Notes: generated from the letters alone by a model not told the origin. A stretch of DNA of 64,000 nt from a virus (IMGVR_UViG_3300042540_000565:2018-66017); one strand, 5' to 3'; counted from the first letter of the stretch, positions 48,592 through 56,736 are shown. Translations and numbers: made by a program.

Positions 48592-48873
48592 TTATTCTTG
48601 TGTAAATGCTAATGAATCAATGAAGGCTTTCTCCTCATCGGGAAGGTAGTCATAGGTAGGCACGTTATCAAAGCCTATCCATTGGCACTCATCCGCAAGG
48701 TCAGACAAATGTATCTGCTCACGTCTTGAGTTGGTATAGTGCCCTTGTCTTACGAAACCCTTCTTCCAATCATCAAAGTATTGGAGGGCTTCTTGCCACG
48801 TATCGAATCCTCCCTCTGCGTTAATGGAGAATCCATCGGGGGAAATAATTTGGAATGGTTGTTTTTTGCTCAT
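48592..48873 (-). CDS. Hypothetical early protein
   Basis: 93 aa; SPDGFSI motif. Confidence 0.55.
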   Translation of the reverse strand: MSKKQPFQIISPDGFSINAEGGFDTWQEALQYFDDWKKGFVRQGHYTNSRREQIHLSDLADECQWIGFDNVPTYDYLPDEEKAFIDSLAFTQE

Positions 48874-48875
48874 AG

Positions 48876-49046
48876 TTAATTAAATTTAGTTTGTTCTAAG
48901 AATTTATGTACAGCAATTGCCCAATCGATTGGATCGTTTAAGCATAGCTTTTTACCTAATGGTCTGTACTGATTAGCCACTATTCGAAGGTAGGGTAACA
49001 TAACACTTACCTTAGTGTTATCCCGGGGGTTGTATGATGCACTCAT
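48876..49046 (-). CDS. 56-aa hypothetical protein
   Basis: MSASYNPRDNTKVSVMLPYLRIVANQYRPLGKKLCLNDPIDWAIAVHKFLEQTKFN* (manual translation). Confidence 0.45.
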   Translation of the reverse strand: MSASYNPRDNTKVSVMLPYLRIVANQYRPLGKKLCLNDPIDWAIAVHKFLEQTKFN

Positions 49047-49285
49047 AGTAGGGCGTATTCTTCAGCCGTTATTACTCTCCAATCCATCCATCCATCCATA
49101 TCATTGAGGACAGAAAATAATGTATCACCTTCCCTAATTTGAAGGTGTCCATACATAAGGTCGTTATCCTCATATCTACTTACTACGCCATCAATACCAT
49201 TATCTTCATACTCGTTGCAAGCCTCTGTACCGAGGAGGAGATAAACTGTATCTCCTCCATTAAGATTAATTGTTGCTTTACTCAT
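49043..49285 (-). CDS. Hypothetical early protein
   Basis: 80 aa acidic ORF. Confidence 0.5.
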   Translation of the reverse strand: MSKATINLNGGDTVYLLLGTEACNEYEDNGIDGVVSRYEDNDLMYGHLQIREGDTLFSVLNDMDGWMDWRVITAEEYALL

Positions 49286-49367
49286 AGTTGTTGGTTTTTA
49301 ATTCGTAAATACTCGTAATACAATTTCCAGTTAAAGTTCGTCCAGAACAGGGAGCGTTGGTAGTCAT

Positions 49368-50378
49368 TCATAACTCATCCTTTCCGTCATTAAAGCCATA
49401 ATCATAGTCGTAGCCATCGTACAATAGCGTACACTCAACGTAGCGGGTTACTTCCTCCTGAGTCATCTTGAGTAAATCCTCCACGTCATTTCCATCAACA
49501 GCCATTATAGTCTCACCTGACTCATCGGTTACATACACCTCATTGTATCTATAGCTAACCTCTACTCTCAGTCGGTAGTCTTGTATGTCTACATAGAAGT
49601 CCAGGTCGGGTTTGTCCGTATCTACTTTAACAGAAGGCTTACCAAAGTAGTCCTTACACTCCTTACATAGATAACAACCGTCATCAAAACTATATGAGGC
49701 GATATTATCATTACACCACTCGCAATCGGTAGTGTTTTTCTTATAGCTTTTCTCTGCCTTTACAGGGTTCATAGTGTACGGCTCGTACTTGTATGAACCT
49801 CGTGCTATTTTAGTGCCGCCATAATCAAGATACTGACTAACGTACTTGTATGTGTCATTACTAAACCAGTTACCATCTGCCCAGTGTCCTTTACTCTCAC
49901 CAATAATAGACCACTCGTTTTTAGAGTTGAGGAATATTAATTTTGAATAGTCGATAAAGTCAGAGAGTAACTTCCCGATACCTTCGTTATGTTCGAAGCC
50001 TGACGGTAATGACTTAAGGATTGTTTGATTGAATAGGTATGTGTCCGAGAAGTCGGGGCTACTACCTACACCTCCAATGATACCGTTATGTACAAAGCCA
50101 AGGTCATCGTTGACCATAAAGGGATGGCAATTTGTTTCGTTAATCTTACCGTGAGTACTGATACGGAAGTGAAGCACAAACCAAGAAGACTTATTACGCT
50201 TCTTAGCTTCTTTGTAGTGCTTAAAGTATTTCTTGAATGATGTTAACTCCTTGAAGGAAGTTAGTACTCCATTCTCAATATAGAGCATACCTGCTCCGTC
50301 TGAATTGTTTTCCCAACAATTGTTTAATGTCTGCTTAGACAATACATATTTCGGGGTATTTAAAATTGCTATACACAT
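49368..50378 (-). CDS. Class II (Ntn) glutamine amidotransferase with a C-terminal Zn-finger-like region
   Basis: Met-Cys start MCIAI, NSDGAG, HFRISTHG, NCHPF, HNGII, SDT; CEWC...CKEC. Confidence 0.9.
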   Translation of the reverse strand: MCIAILNTPKYVLSKQTLNNCWENNSDGAGMLYIENGVLTSFKELTSFKKYFKHYKEAKKRNKSSWFVLHFRISTHGKINETNCHPFMVNDDLGFVHNGIIGGVGSSPDFSDTYLFNQTILKSLPSGFEHNEGIGKLLSDFIDYSKLIFLNSKNEWSIIGESKGHWADGNWFSNDTYKYVSQYLDYGGTKIARGSYKYEPYTMNPVKAEKSYKKNTTDCEWCNDNIASYSFDDGCYLCKECKDYFGKPSVKVDTDKPDLDFYVDIQDYRLRVEVSYRYNEVYVTDESGETIMAVDGNDVEDLLKMTQEEVTRYVECTLLYDGYDYDYGFNDGKDEL

Positions 50379-50404
50379 GATGTTTTTGTTTTTAAGGTTA
50401 ATGA

Positions 50405-51655
50405 TTAGGCTAATTCTTCTTGAGATTGTTCTGTCACAACAAATGGGTGGATGTTGTTAATGACAAAGTCATTGTACAGGCGGGAGTAATTGACAAACTT
50501 GTTAGCCTTATCAAGAATCTGCTCGGCTGAATAAACCTTTCTTAGATGCTTATGTAATTTAGACTTGCAGTTAACCAAATCTTTCAAGACTTGCGTTTCT
50601 GACTTACAGAATCCCTTACAAATAATTTGCATGAAGGTTAATCTCCATAAAAGGTTGCTCACATTTTTCACAGCAGAAGGTATTCTAAATTCGACTGTCG
50701 TATCACGAACATAGAAGGCAGAGTACTTATCTTTCTTATAAGCCATCTCCTTTTTCTTTTTGGCTTTACAGTATGTCTGCTCCATTCGTTTCTCATACAT
50801 CGCATAGAATAGAGGGAAGTAACCTGATAGCCCCTCGAATATCTCATCAGGGGAATACTCGTTATGTCCGATATGGATATGCCCACCACACGAAGACGTA
50901 TAGTTACCGTTGATAAGATCCTTAACACTTGTGATTGAGTTGGTGATGTACTTTGTGTCCATAAGTGAAAGGATTGGGGATATTAACTCATACCCTGTCG
51001 CATCATCGAGGGAGCCATCTTTTTCCTTACACCAGGCGGTATCTTTGTGTATTTTACCCGCATCGACTCCTACCATCTCGACATCTTCTTTCTCTACCTC
51101 GAAGCCTACAGACCAACCTTCTTTTGTTCGCTTATCCATTCTTCTCATACCGTGATAAGATTCGTTGCCGTTAGGCACGTTATCATTATCATCATCATCA
51201 TCCGACCACATTTCATCGGCAGGTAGATAGTCTTGGTAGTGGTCACAATAGTAGTAGTCGTTATCGTTAGCTATACGTTCAGTCATAAAATAATGGTCGT
51301 GTCGCTGAGACGAACATCTTTCATCATTATCCTCGCTGAAATATCCCTCACTCCATCTTCTACCAACAATTCCCCATATAGAGTTATCACGATAATTAAA
51401 CTCTTGGGTGTCCTCTTGGTACACTACATCGTAATGGGATTGGTCAGCCATTAGGATTGTCTCGTCATCACAGATGATAATAATGTCGTCATCTGGTGAA
51501 CAGAAGTGATTATCTAACAGGCTTACGGCTTGTGCTGTCAAACAATATTCTCCGTCATTGTTACCCTTATCTAATAGGGTGCAGTTTTTTAACAGGGCAT
51601 ACTTGCCTGTGTACATTAGGACAATTTCTGTCCCATTAAGCGTTTCTTTAATCAT
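50405..51655 (-). CDS. Putative amidoligase (COOH-NH2 ligase, Amidoligase_2 family)
   Basis: SYH...VGFEVE...KDGSL...YELISP...SCGGHIHIG...KYSA...TVEFRI. Confidence 0.88.
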   Translation of the reverse strand: MIKETLNGTEIVLMYTGKYALLKNCTLLDKGNNDGEYCLTAQAVSLLDNHFCSPDDDIIIICDDETILMADQSHYDVVYQEDTQEFNYRDNSIWGIVGRRWSEGYFSEDNDERCSSQRHDHYFMTERIANDNDYYYCDHYQDYLPADEMWSDDDDDNDNVPNGNESYHGMRRMDKRTKEGWSVGFEVEKEDVEMVGVDAGKIHKDTAWCKEKDGSLDDATGYELISPILSLMDTKYITNSITSVKDLINGNYTSSCGGHIHIGHNEYSPDEIFEGLSGYFPLFYAMYEKRMEQTYCKAKKKKEMAYKKDKYSAFYVRDTTVEFRIPSAVKNVSNLLWRLTFMQIICKGFCKSETQVLKDLVNCKSKLHKHLRKVYSAEQILDKANKFVNYSRLYNDFVINNIHPFVVTEQSQEELA

Positions 51656-51686
51656 TTTGTTTTGTTTTAAGGTTTAAGAATTATTA
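51642..51686. repeat. Direct repeat copy 1 (copy 2 at 52031-52076)
   Basis: GTTTCTTTAATCAT-(5/6 nt)-TTTGTTTTAAGGTTTAAGAATTATTA. Confidence 0.85.
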
Positions 51687-51702
51687 AAGGTTAATTTATT
51701 TT

Positions 51703-52044
51703 TTATGCTTCACTATATACTTGTACATCAATTCCTTTTCTTGTTGTGAAGTGATATCTGTGGTACATCTTCGTTTCGTACTCATCAAGAAGTTTTATAT
51801 CATCTTCCGTGAACTCATACACTGTCCCATACACACACCCTTTATCGTGTTCTAATAATCTTGGGTATAAATCACCATCAACTAAAAAGTCACGAGTTAC
51901 TACAAATCCATCGAGAGAATCGGGTTTCCCTTCTATAGTTCTTCCTAATATCTCTAATTGAACCGCTGGTTCTTGAATTGTTCCGTAACAAAATAGTTTT
52001 ATTTTCTTTTCGTAATCAGTAACGGTAAGTGTTTCTTTAATCAT
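51703..52044 (-). CDS. Gamma-glutamylcyclotransferase (GGCT/AIG2-like)
   Basis: LFCYGTI...YPRL...VYGTVYE...LLDEYE...YHR. Confidence 0.88.
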   Translation of the reverse strand: MIKETLTVTDYEKKIKLFCYGTIQEPAVQLEILGRTIEGKPDSLDGFVVTRDFLVDGDLYPRLLEHDKGCVYGTVYEFTEDDIKLLDEYETKMYHRYHFTTRKGIDVQVYSEA

Positions 52045-52076
52045 TGTTTTTTTGTTTTAAGGTTTAAGAATTATTA
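52031..52076. repeat. Direct repeat copy 2
   Basis: Near-identical to 51642-51686; spans the start codon and leader. Confidence 0.85.
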
Positions 52077-52091
52077 TTTGAGTAAAAGCTT

Positions 52092-52319
52092 TTATCCTCC
52101 CATTGTACATTCTAATAGATATTTACCATCAGGGAATAACCATACTTGCATTCCGTTAAATAAGATGCGAACCTCTTCGTCCGATACTTTCACTATAACT
52201 TCCGTGAGGTCGGGTCGGGCTTCGTTTTGATAATAAACAAAGTCATCGAACACGCTTTTCAGATTATTCGTGTCAAGCAACTCGGTGGGTAGGTAGCGTG
52301 GGTTTTTAAAGTCTGTCAT
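52092..52319 (-). CDS. Hypothetical early protein
   Basis: 75 aa ORF. Confidence 0.5.
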   Translation of the reverse strand: MTDFKNPRYLPTELLDTNNLKSVFDDFVYYQNEARPDLTEVIVKVSDEEVRILFNGMQVWLFPDGKYLLECTMGG

Positions 52320-52335
52320 AGTATTTATTTATTTA

Positions 52336-52725
52336 TTACCAATTTTCTTCTGCTTGTGTTCCTTCAGGTATAGTGTCCGTCCACACATCATAAAGCTTGT
52401 TATAAAAGGCTAACATCATTTCTACCGTCACCTCGGCATGAGGCTTGATAGGTATCTCCAATGCCTGACTTATTAATATCAACTCATTAAGTTGCTTACA
52501 TCCTGCGTGACCAGGTCCCGAGTGGTTGTGGTGTGTATTTATTCCTTTAGTATCCCTTGCTTGCCACATCTCTTCCTTGGCGTACTTTCTTATTGTGTTT
52601 ATTTTTGAGTCAGCACTGCCTAATGCTCCACCCCCACATATATGACCAACATTATGTGCATAGTAAACTATGCTAAAGAAAGCACTTTGGATTAAGTCTT
52701 CGATGATGTCTTTTTTAGTTTCCAT
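52336..52725 (-). CDS. Hypothetical early protein
   Basis: 129 aa, His/Cys-containing ORF. Confidence 0.5.
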   Translation of the reverse strand: METKKDIIEDLIQSAFFSIVYYAHNVGHICGGGALGSADSKINTIRKYAKEEMWQARDTKGINTHHNHSGPGHAGCKQLNELILISQALEIPIKPHAEVTVEMMLAFYNKLYDVWTDTIPEGTQAEENW

Positions 52726-52730
52726 AAGAT

Positions 52731-52925
52731 TTAATTATTTAGGGTAATATCTTCATTATATTCAAAGGTTCCTGTCTCAATATATTCAAGGACTTCTTCT
52801 TTGTAGGCATATTCTATAATAGTACCATCTTTAAATGTGATATTATACATTTGTTTGCCTTCGCATTTTTCTTGTGGTGTTACTACATGAGTAAGTAACA
52901 TCCAAATAAATTTAAGTTTAATCAT
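52731..52925 (-). CDS. Hypothetical early protein
   Basis: 64 aa ORF. Confidence 0.5.
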   Translation of the reverse strand: MIKLKFIWMLLTHVVTPQEKCEGKQMYNITFKDGTIIEYAYKEEVLEYIETGTFEYNEDITLNN

Positions 52926-52956
52926 TTTGATTGGGTTAGTTGATTTGTTTATTTTT

Positions 52957-53286
52957 TTATATTTTAGGGTTAATTAATTCTTGAGCATTTGCTAAACACT
53001 TTTGGCAAATAGAAGCGGTTCGTGATTCATAGTCTGGCTGTTCTCCTAATCGAATAAGGGCATCCGAATCTTTCCCGCATTCGTCACAGATAAGTTCTAA
53101 CTCTCTGTATGTGTGTCCAATAATTTCCTGTGCCCTCTCTTGCGTTAAGTTGTCCTCTTGACTTAATTGTTTTATAACGTCAGCTGAGTTTCTGCCACAA
53201 CGGAAAGTTCTATGGTTGCCACCAATCCAATCTATATACCCTTTAAGAAGGGTATCTAAAACTTCTTTTTTCGTAAATAGTTTCAT
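52957..53286 (-). CDS. Zn-ribbon early protein
   Basis: CDECG...ICQKC. Confidence 0.55.
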   Translation of the reverse strand: MKLFTKKEVLDTLLKGYIDWIGGNHRTFRCGRNSADVIKQLSQEDNLTQERAQEIIGHTYRELELICDECGKDSDALIRLGEQPDYESRTASICQKCLANAQELINPKI

Positions 53287-53426
53287 ACTTTTTCTATTTT
53301 AAAGGTTCCTAATTTGAACTGAGTTAACGCCTTGAGTTGTTTCATCTTCCACTTGGCAATAGGAAGGGGGACGTTACGAAGAATCGTTTCCTTGTAGCCT
53401 CCCGCTTGGTAGGTTAGATTTACCAT
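53283..53426 (-). CDS. 47-aa basic protein
   Basis: MVNLTYQAGGYKETILRNVPLPIAKWKMKQLKALTQFKLGTFKIEKV*; ATGA-coupled to the next gene. Confidence 0.5.
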   Translation of the reverse strand: MVNLTYQAGGYKETILRNVPLPIAKWKMKQLKALTQFKLGTFKIEKV

Positions 53427-53433
53427 ATCAATA

Positions 53434-53703
53434 TTATATTATTTCTTGATTACTATTAATGATAGCCATATATCCAAACTTGTAGGGTTGCTCTCCAAAG
53501 TCACAATTTTCTGATAGGTCTACGTGGTTATCTCCGTCTTCTGTTTCGTGAACAGATACAACCGTGTATCCTTTTTCTTGAAGTTCTTTTGCTAAATTAA
53601 TTTCTTGTGGATGAAGAATTAAAAACTCTCCATACTCCGCACAATCATCGGCTACTTTAAATAATTCGTGACCGTGTTGTTTAAAAAATTCTGCTTGTGT
53701 CAT
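53434..53703 (-). CDS. Hypothetical early protein with an AGGAGG leader
   Basis: 89 aa ORF. Confidence 0.55.
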   Translation of the reverse strand: MTQAEFFKQHGHELFKVADDCAEYGEFLILHPQEINLAKELQEKGYTVVSVHETEDGDNHVDLSENCDFGEQPYKFGYMAIINSNQEII

Positions 53704-53733
53704 AATATGTTTCCTCCTTATTTAGTTTTTGAA

Positions 53734-54021
53734 TTACGCCTCGATAGTACATAAGTGTTTTAGTAGCCACCCAGAATAAATTTCGGTATCATTGTTTCCT
53801 ATATGCTTAATAAAAAGAATGGGATCGCCTATAAACAATTCTGCTTTTGGATATTGCTTGTAAAAATCTTCTTCGTTTTCAAAGTCATCATTATTATCTA
53901 TATGCTCTAATAACCATTGTTCAAAGACAGCCCTAACAGTTTCGATAGTGCCACTTGATAATACACAAGATTCGTTTTCGTATTTGTCGTATATTTGATA
54001 TACATCTTTGTTTTTACTCAT
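53734..54021 (-). CDS. Hypothetical early protein with an AGGAGG leader
   Basis: 95 aa ORF. Confidence 0.55.
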   Translation of the reverse strand: MSKNKDVYQIYDKYENESCVLSSGTIETVRAVFEQWLLEHIDNNDDFENEEDFYKQYPKAELFIGDPILFIKHIGNNDTEIYSGWLLKHLCTIEA

Positions 54022-54039
54022 AATATGTTTCCTCCTATT

Positions 54040-54207
54040 TTAAATGATTAATCCGAATTGATTTAATACTAATGTTGCCACCGTAATAATAGCCACAACC
54101 AACAGAGTCCATTGGTTAGCCGTTAATGTTACCTTACCCTTACTAATGGGCGTTGCCTCCCTTTCCTTTTCAAGGCGGGCGGTTATCTCTCGTTTAATTG
54201 CATTCAT
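54040..54207 (-). CDS. 55-aa membrane protein
   Basis: Start MNAIKR at 54207; C-terminal TM helix WTLLVVAIITVATLVL. Confidence 0.55.
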   Translation of the reverse strand: MNAIKREITARLEKEREATPISKGKVTLTANQWTLLVVAIITVATLVLNQFGLII

Positions 54208-54209
54208 AA

Positions 54210-54362
54210 TTAATAGTTTACTAAGGTTGATAATAGGACAGTAAATCCGAAAACGATAGATAATGCTTCGCTTGTTACGTCTTCGTTGCCTTTCTTTTTG
54301 TTTATGCTCATCACACCCCATACAAATAGTACAAGGGCGGAAATGTTAATTAATAAAATCAT
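54210..54362 (-). CDS. 50-aa two-TM membrane protein
   Basis: MILLINISALVLFVWGVMSINKKKGNEDVTSEALSIVFGFTVLLSTLVNY* (manual translation). Confidence 0.55.
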   Translation of the reverse strand: MILLINISALVLFVWGVMSINKKKGNEDVTSEALSIVFGFTVLLSTLVNY

Positions 54363-54574
54363 AGTGATGCTAAATAAGGGTTAATAATTCGTTTCTCTAA
54401 TGGGATAATGTTGCGTACAAACGTAGCCCGTTGAACGTCCGTAAAGTTCTCGGTCAGTTCTTGGATCATTTGCTCTCGTGTTAATTTAGGCTCAGGCTTA
54501 ACCACAGGCTTAACCATTGGCTTGATAGGGGCGGAGGCTTTCACCCAGATTTGTTTCGTTAGTCTTGTTCTCAT
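54359..54574 (-). CDS. Basic hypothetical early protein
   Basis: 71 aa with KP/VVKP repeats. Confidence 0.5.
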   Translation of the reverse strand: MRTRLTKQIWVKASAPIKPMVKPVVKPEPKLTREQMIQELTENFTDVQRATFVRNIIPLEKRIINPYLASL

Positions 54575-54646
54575 AATGTTTGGATTTTATAATTTAACTT
54601 GGTTATTTTTGGTTTTTGACCTTGAAAGTTTGAGGAAATCCCTCAA

Positions 54647-54679
54647 TAAAAATAAGGAAGGGGCCGTTGCCCCTTTCCT
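54647..54679 (-). terminator. Intrinsic terminator downstream of the candidate ncRNA
   Basis: AGGAAAGGGGC-AACG-GCCCCTTCCT followed by TATTTTT on the minus strand. Confidence 0.7.
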
Positions 54680-54753
54680 CACTTACCAATTTATTCACTT
54701 GGTTGTGTCGAATGTTGCTTCCGAATCTATCGACTCAGTCACTCACGTTTGTA

Positions 54754-54801
54754 TGGTTCCTGTCGTGTGAATCGAACACACGCTCCCCTACCAAGCCAGG
54801 A
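54754..54801 (-). ncRNA. Mini-tRNA-like element (acceptor stem plus T-arm plus ACCA; no D-stem or anticodon arm)
   Basis: 5'-TCCTGGC TTGGTAGGGGAGC GTGTG TTCGATT CACAC GACAGGA A CCA-3'. Confidence 0.7.
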
Positions 54802-55440
54802 ATAGACCGAATATGGTTTTGTTACCCTGTGAATATATCGAACTGACCGGCTTACTCGTTGCGGAAAGTCTGTTACCTTTCACTTGCTACCATAAGGATG
54901 GGCAGACAATTTTCTGTTGCCTGGCATTCGGATCTTTTTTAGTGAGTGAAACGCTCACGATTTGTTTAACCTCACTAACCTTGAGGAAGTAATTGAAATT
55001 ATATACAACTACGGTTTTGGGGCCTCGTTTGTATATTCTAATGCTCTTAAGTATTACTATAAATCAGATACATTACTTGTTTATCGCACTCGTATGTGCG
55101 CTTCCAAGTCCGCATAACTCTTCCATCTGTTACCTAATAACTATTGGTTAAATTGTGCGTATATTGTTGCTCCCGAATGAAGCAACCAACTAAGTTATAT
55201 ACAATAAATTGTACCTGTCCACGTTTTGACAGTTTTGCCCACTATAAATGGGGTTTGGTTTCGGTTACATTTGTGCCTACTATATTAATAAATATAGGCT
55301 TACAAATTTTTTCGGCTTTAATGAGTTTAAAAATTAATTACTTTGCAGACTGCCAACAAACTATTTTTTACCTAATAATATAAACCAACGGCAAATTATT
55401 AGAATAGATTGAAGGTAATTAACTTTTAAGTTACCTATAC
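54754..55440 (-). ncRNA. Candidate large structured ncRNA ending in the tRNA-like domain; 5' limit uncertain
   Basis: About 1 kb gap with no credible minus-strand ORF, many hairpins and a downstream terminator. Confidence 0.5.
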
Positions 55441-55569
55441 ACCATCAAAAAAACAAGGAACAAATGAAGGTTTAAATATTAGGCTTTAACCTTCTTAAAA
55501 AGCCAATGAAATAGGGCAAAAGTTCAACTTTTACAGGGGTTTATTTGCAACCCCTTAAGCCCTATTTTT

Positions 55570-55995
55570 TTACTTACTTGTTTGCTCTGTTACGATTGTG
55601 TTAATCATCGTGAACACATCATTAATGTTAAATTTTTCTCTCGGCACATCAACACCTCTAATATTTGTAAATTTTCTAAAATACTTGTCGAAATTTTGAA
55701 TTATAAAAAAATCAGTTGAAATTTTAACTTTATTCAGGTTGTTAACTTCTAAAATAATAGCCTTTAAATTTGCTCTAAATTCGAGGCTATTTGTATCGTT
55801 TGTATATTTGCCTGTTCCTTGCACAAATTTTTCAATTCCTGACATCCCTCTTAATTCATTCAAAGCATTTTTATAATCTTGCTTTGCATCCTTAATTAAT
55901 TCACGAACAAATGCCTTTGTAGTGGTTGTTTGTAATTTTGCTTCTCTAACTAAGTTAGCCTTTACGATTGCGGAGTTGTTTTTTAAGTTTTTCAT
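55570..55995 (-). CDS. First early gene, basic hypothetical protein
   Basis: 141 aa directly after the 56079 promoter. Confidence 0.6.
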   Translation of the reverse strand: MKNLKNNSAIVKANLVREAKLQTTTTKAFVRELIKDAKQDYKNALNELRGMSGIEKFVQGTGKYTNDTNSLEFRANLKAIILEVNNLNKVKISTDFFIIQNFDKYFRKFTNIRGVDVPREKFNINDVFTMINTIVTEQTSK

Positions 55996-56071
55996 AATGT
56001 TTAAATTTTAAGGTTATTAATTATTATCAATTATTTGATGAGACAAAGTAAGGTTGTTTAAATTACTTATG

Positions 56072-56079
56072 CAAATATA
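56072..56079 (-). promoter_or_regulatory. Early promoter -7 box TATATTTG
   Basis: TAnnTTTG match at the head of the minus-strand early block. Confidence 0.6.
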
Positions 56080-56189
56080 TTCTAATATATTAGACGAATA
56101 ACTAATAACTGTAGATTAAACTACCTTTTTAATCGATGAATCAAAGATATATATAACTCCCCCTCTCTACATTCCTACGAATGTAGGTA

Positions 56190-56580
56190 GGTAACAACCC
56201 CAATAACAAGGAAGGGAATTCCCTTAATAGATTACTAACTAACTACTGACTGAAGGGAAGTAATAAGATAGGCACCCCATAAACTAAGTAAGCAACCCAA
56301 AGGGAAGGGAAGGGAGGCAACCCCTAAAGGAAGGAAGGAACAACCCCCCCCCTCAATAATTAATAACCCCGAAGGGGGTGGGATTGATCATTGATCTTGG
56401 TTTTTTAAAATGGTAGGGTAGTTTTTTTTGGGATATTACCCCTACCCATAGAAAAGTACTCCCTACCCATCCAATGTTACCCCCCCCCTACCTTTTCGGT
56501 ACTCCCTTACCTGTTTGGGTTACTCTTTTACCGTCCTGATGTCCGGTGGGGGGATAGGACAGGTGGGGTTACCCTATCCC
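56190..56580. repeat. Low-complexity purine/pyrimidine-tract repeats at the strand-divergence point
   Basis: GCAACCC..AAAGG(G)AAGG(G)AAGG(G)A twice (56292-56341); TAC(Y)nTACC iterations and C-tracts at 56437-56532. Confidence 0.6.
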
Positions 56581-56736
56581 TTATAGAAGATATAGAAGAT
56601 TATCAGAAGATGGTGGAATTTGTAAGTTGCTGAGTGGGTGGATTGTTTTTTAGGCAAAGTATCAAGATTTGATAGTTTTGAAACTGAAAAGTAAAAGAAA
56701 GTGATAGTTTTAGGGTTGGGAACTAAATAAAAGTTA

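Noticed and set aside
53283-53426. Apparent frameshift in a small ORF
   Set aside because: Recounting the G5 run at 53366-53370 shows the frame is intact (47 aa).
54754-55100. tmRNA (one- or two-piece)
   Set aside because: There is no G3:U70 pair, the acceptor strands are only 13 nt plus a T-arm apart, and no tag reading frame lies between them.
54522-55383. Plus-strand ORFs 54522-54770 and 55144-55383, and minus-strand ORFs 56574-56915 and 57155-57382
   Set aside because: They oppose local transcription or overlap RNA genes, lack A-rich starts, and have no protein-like motifs.
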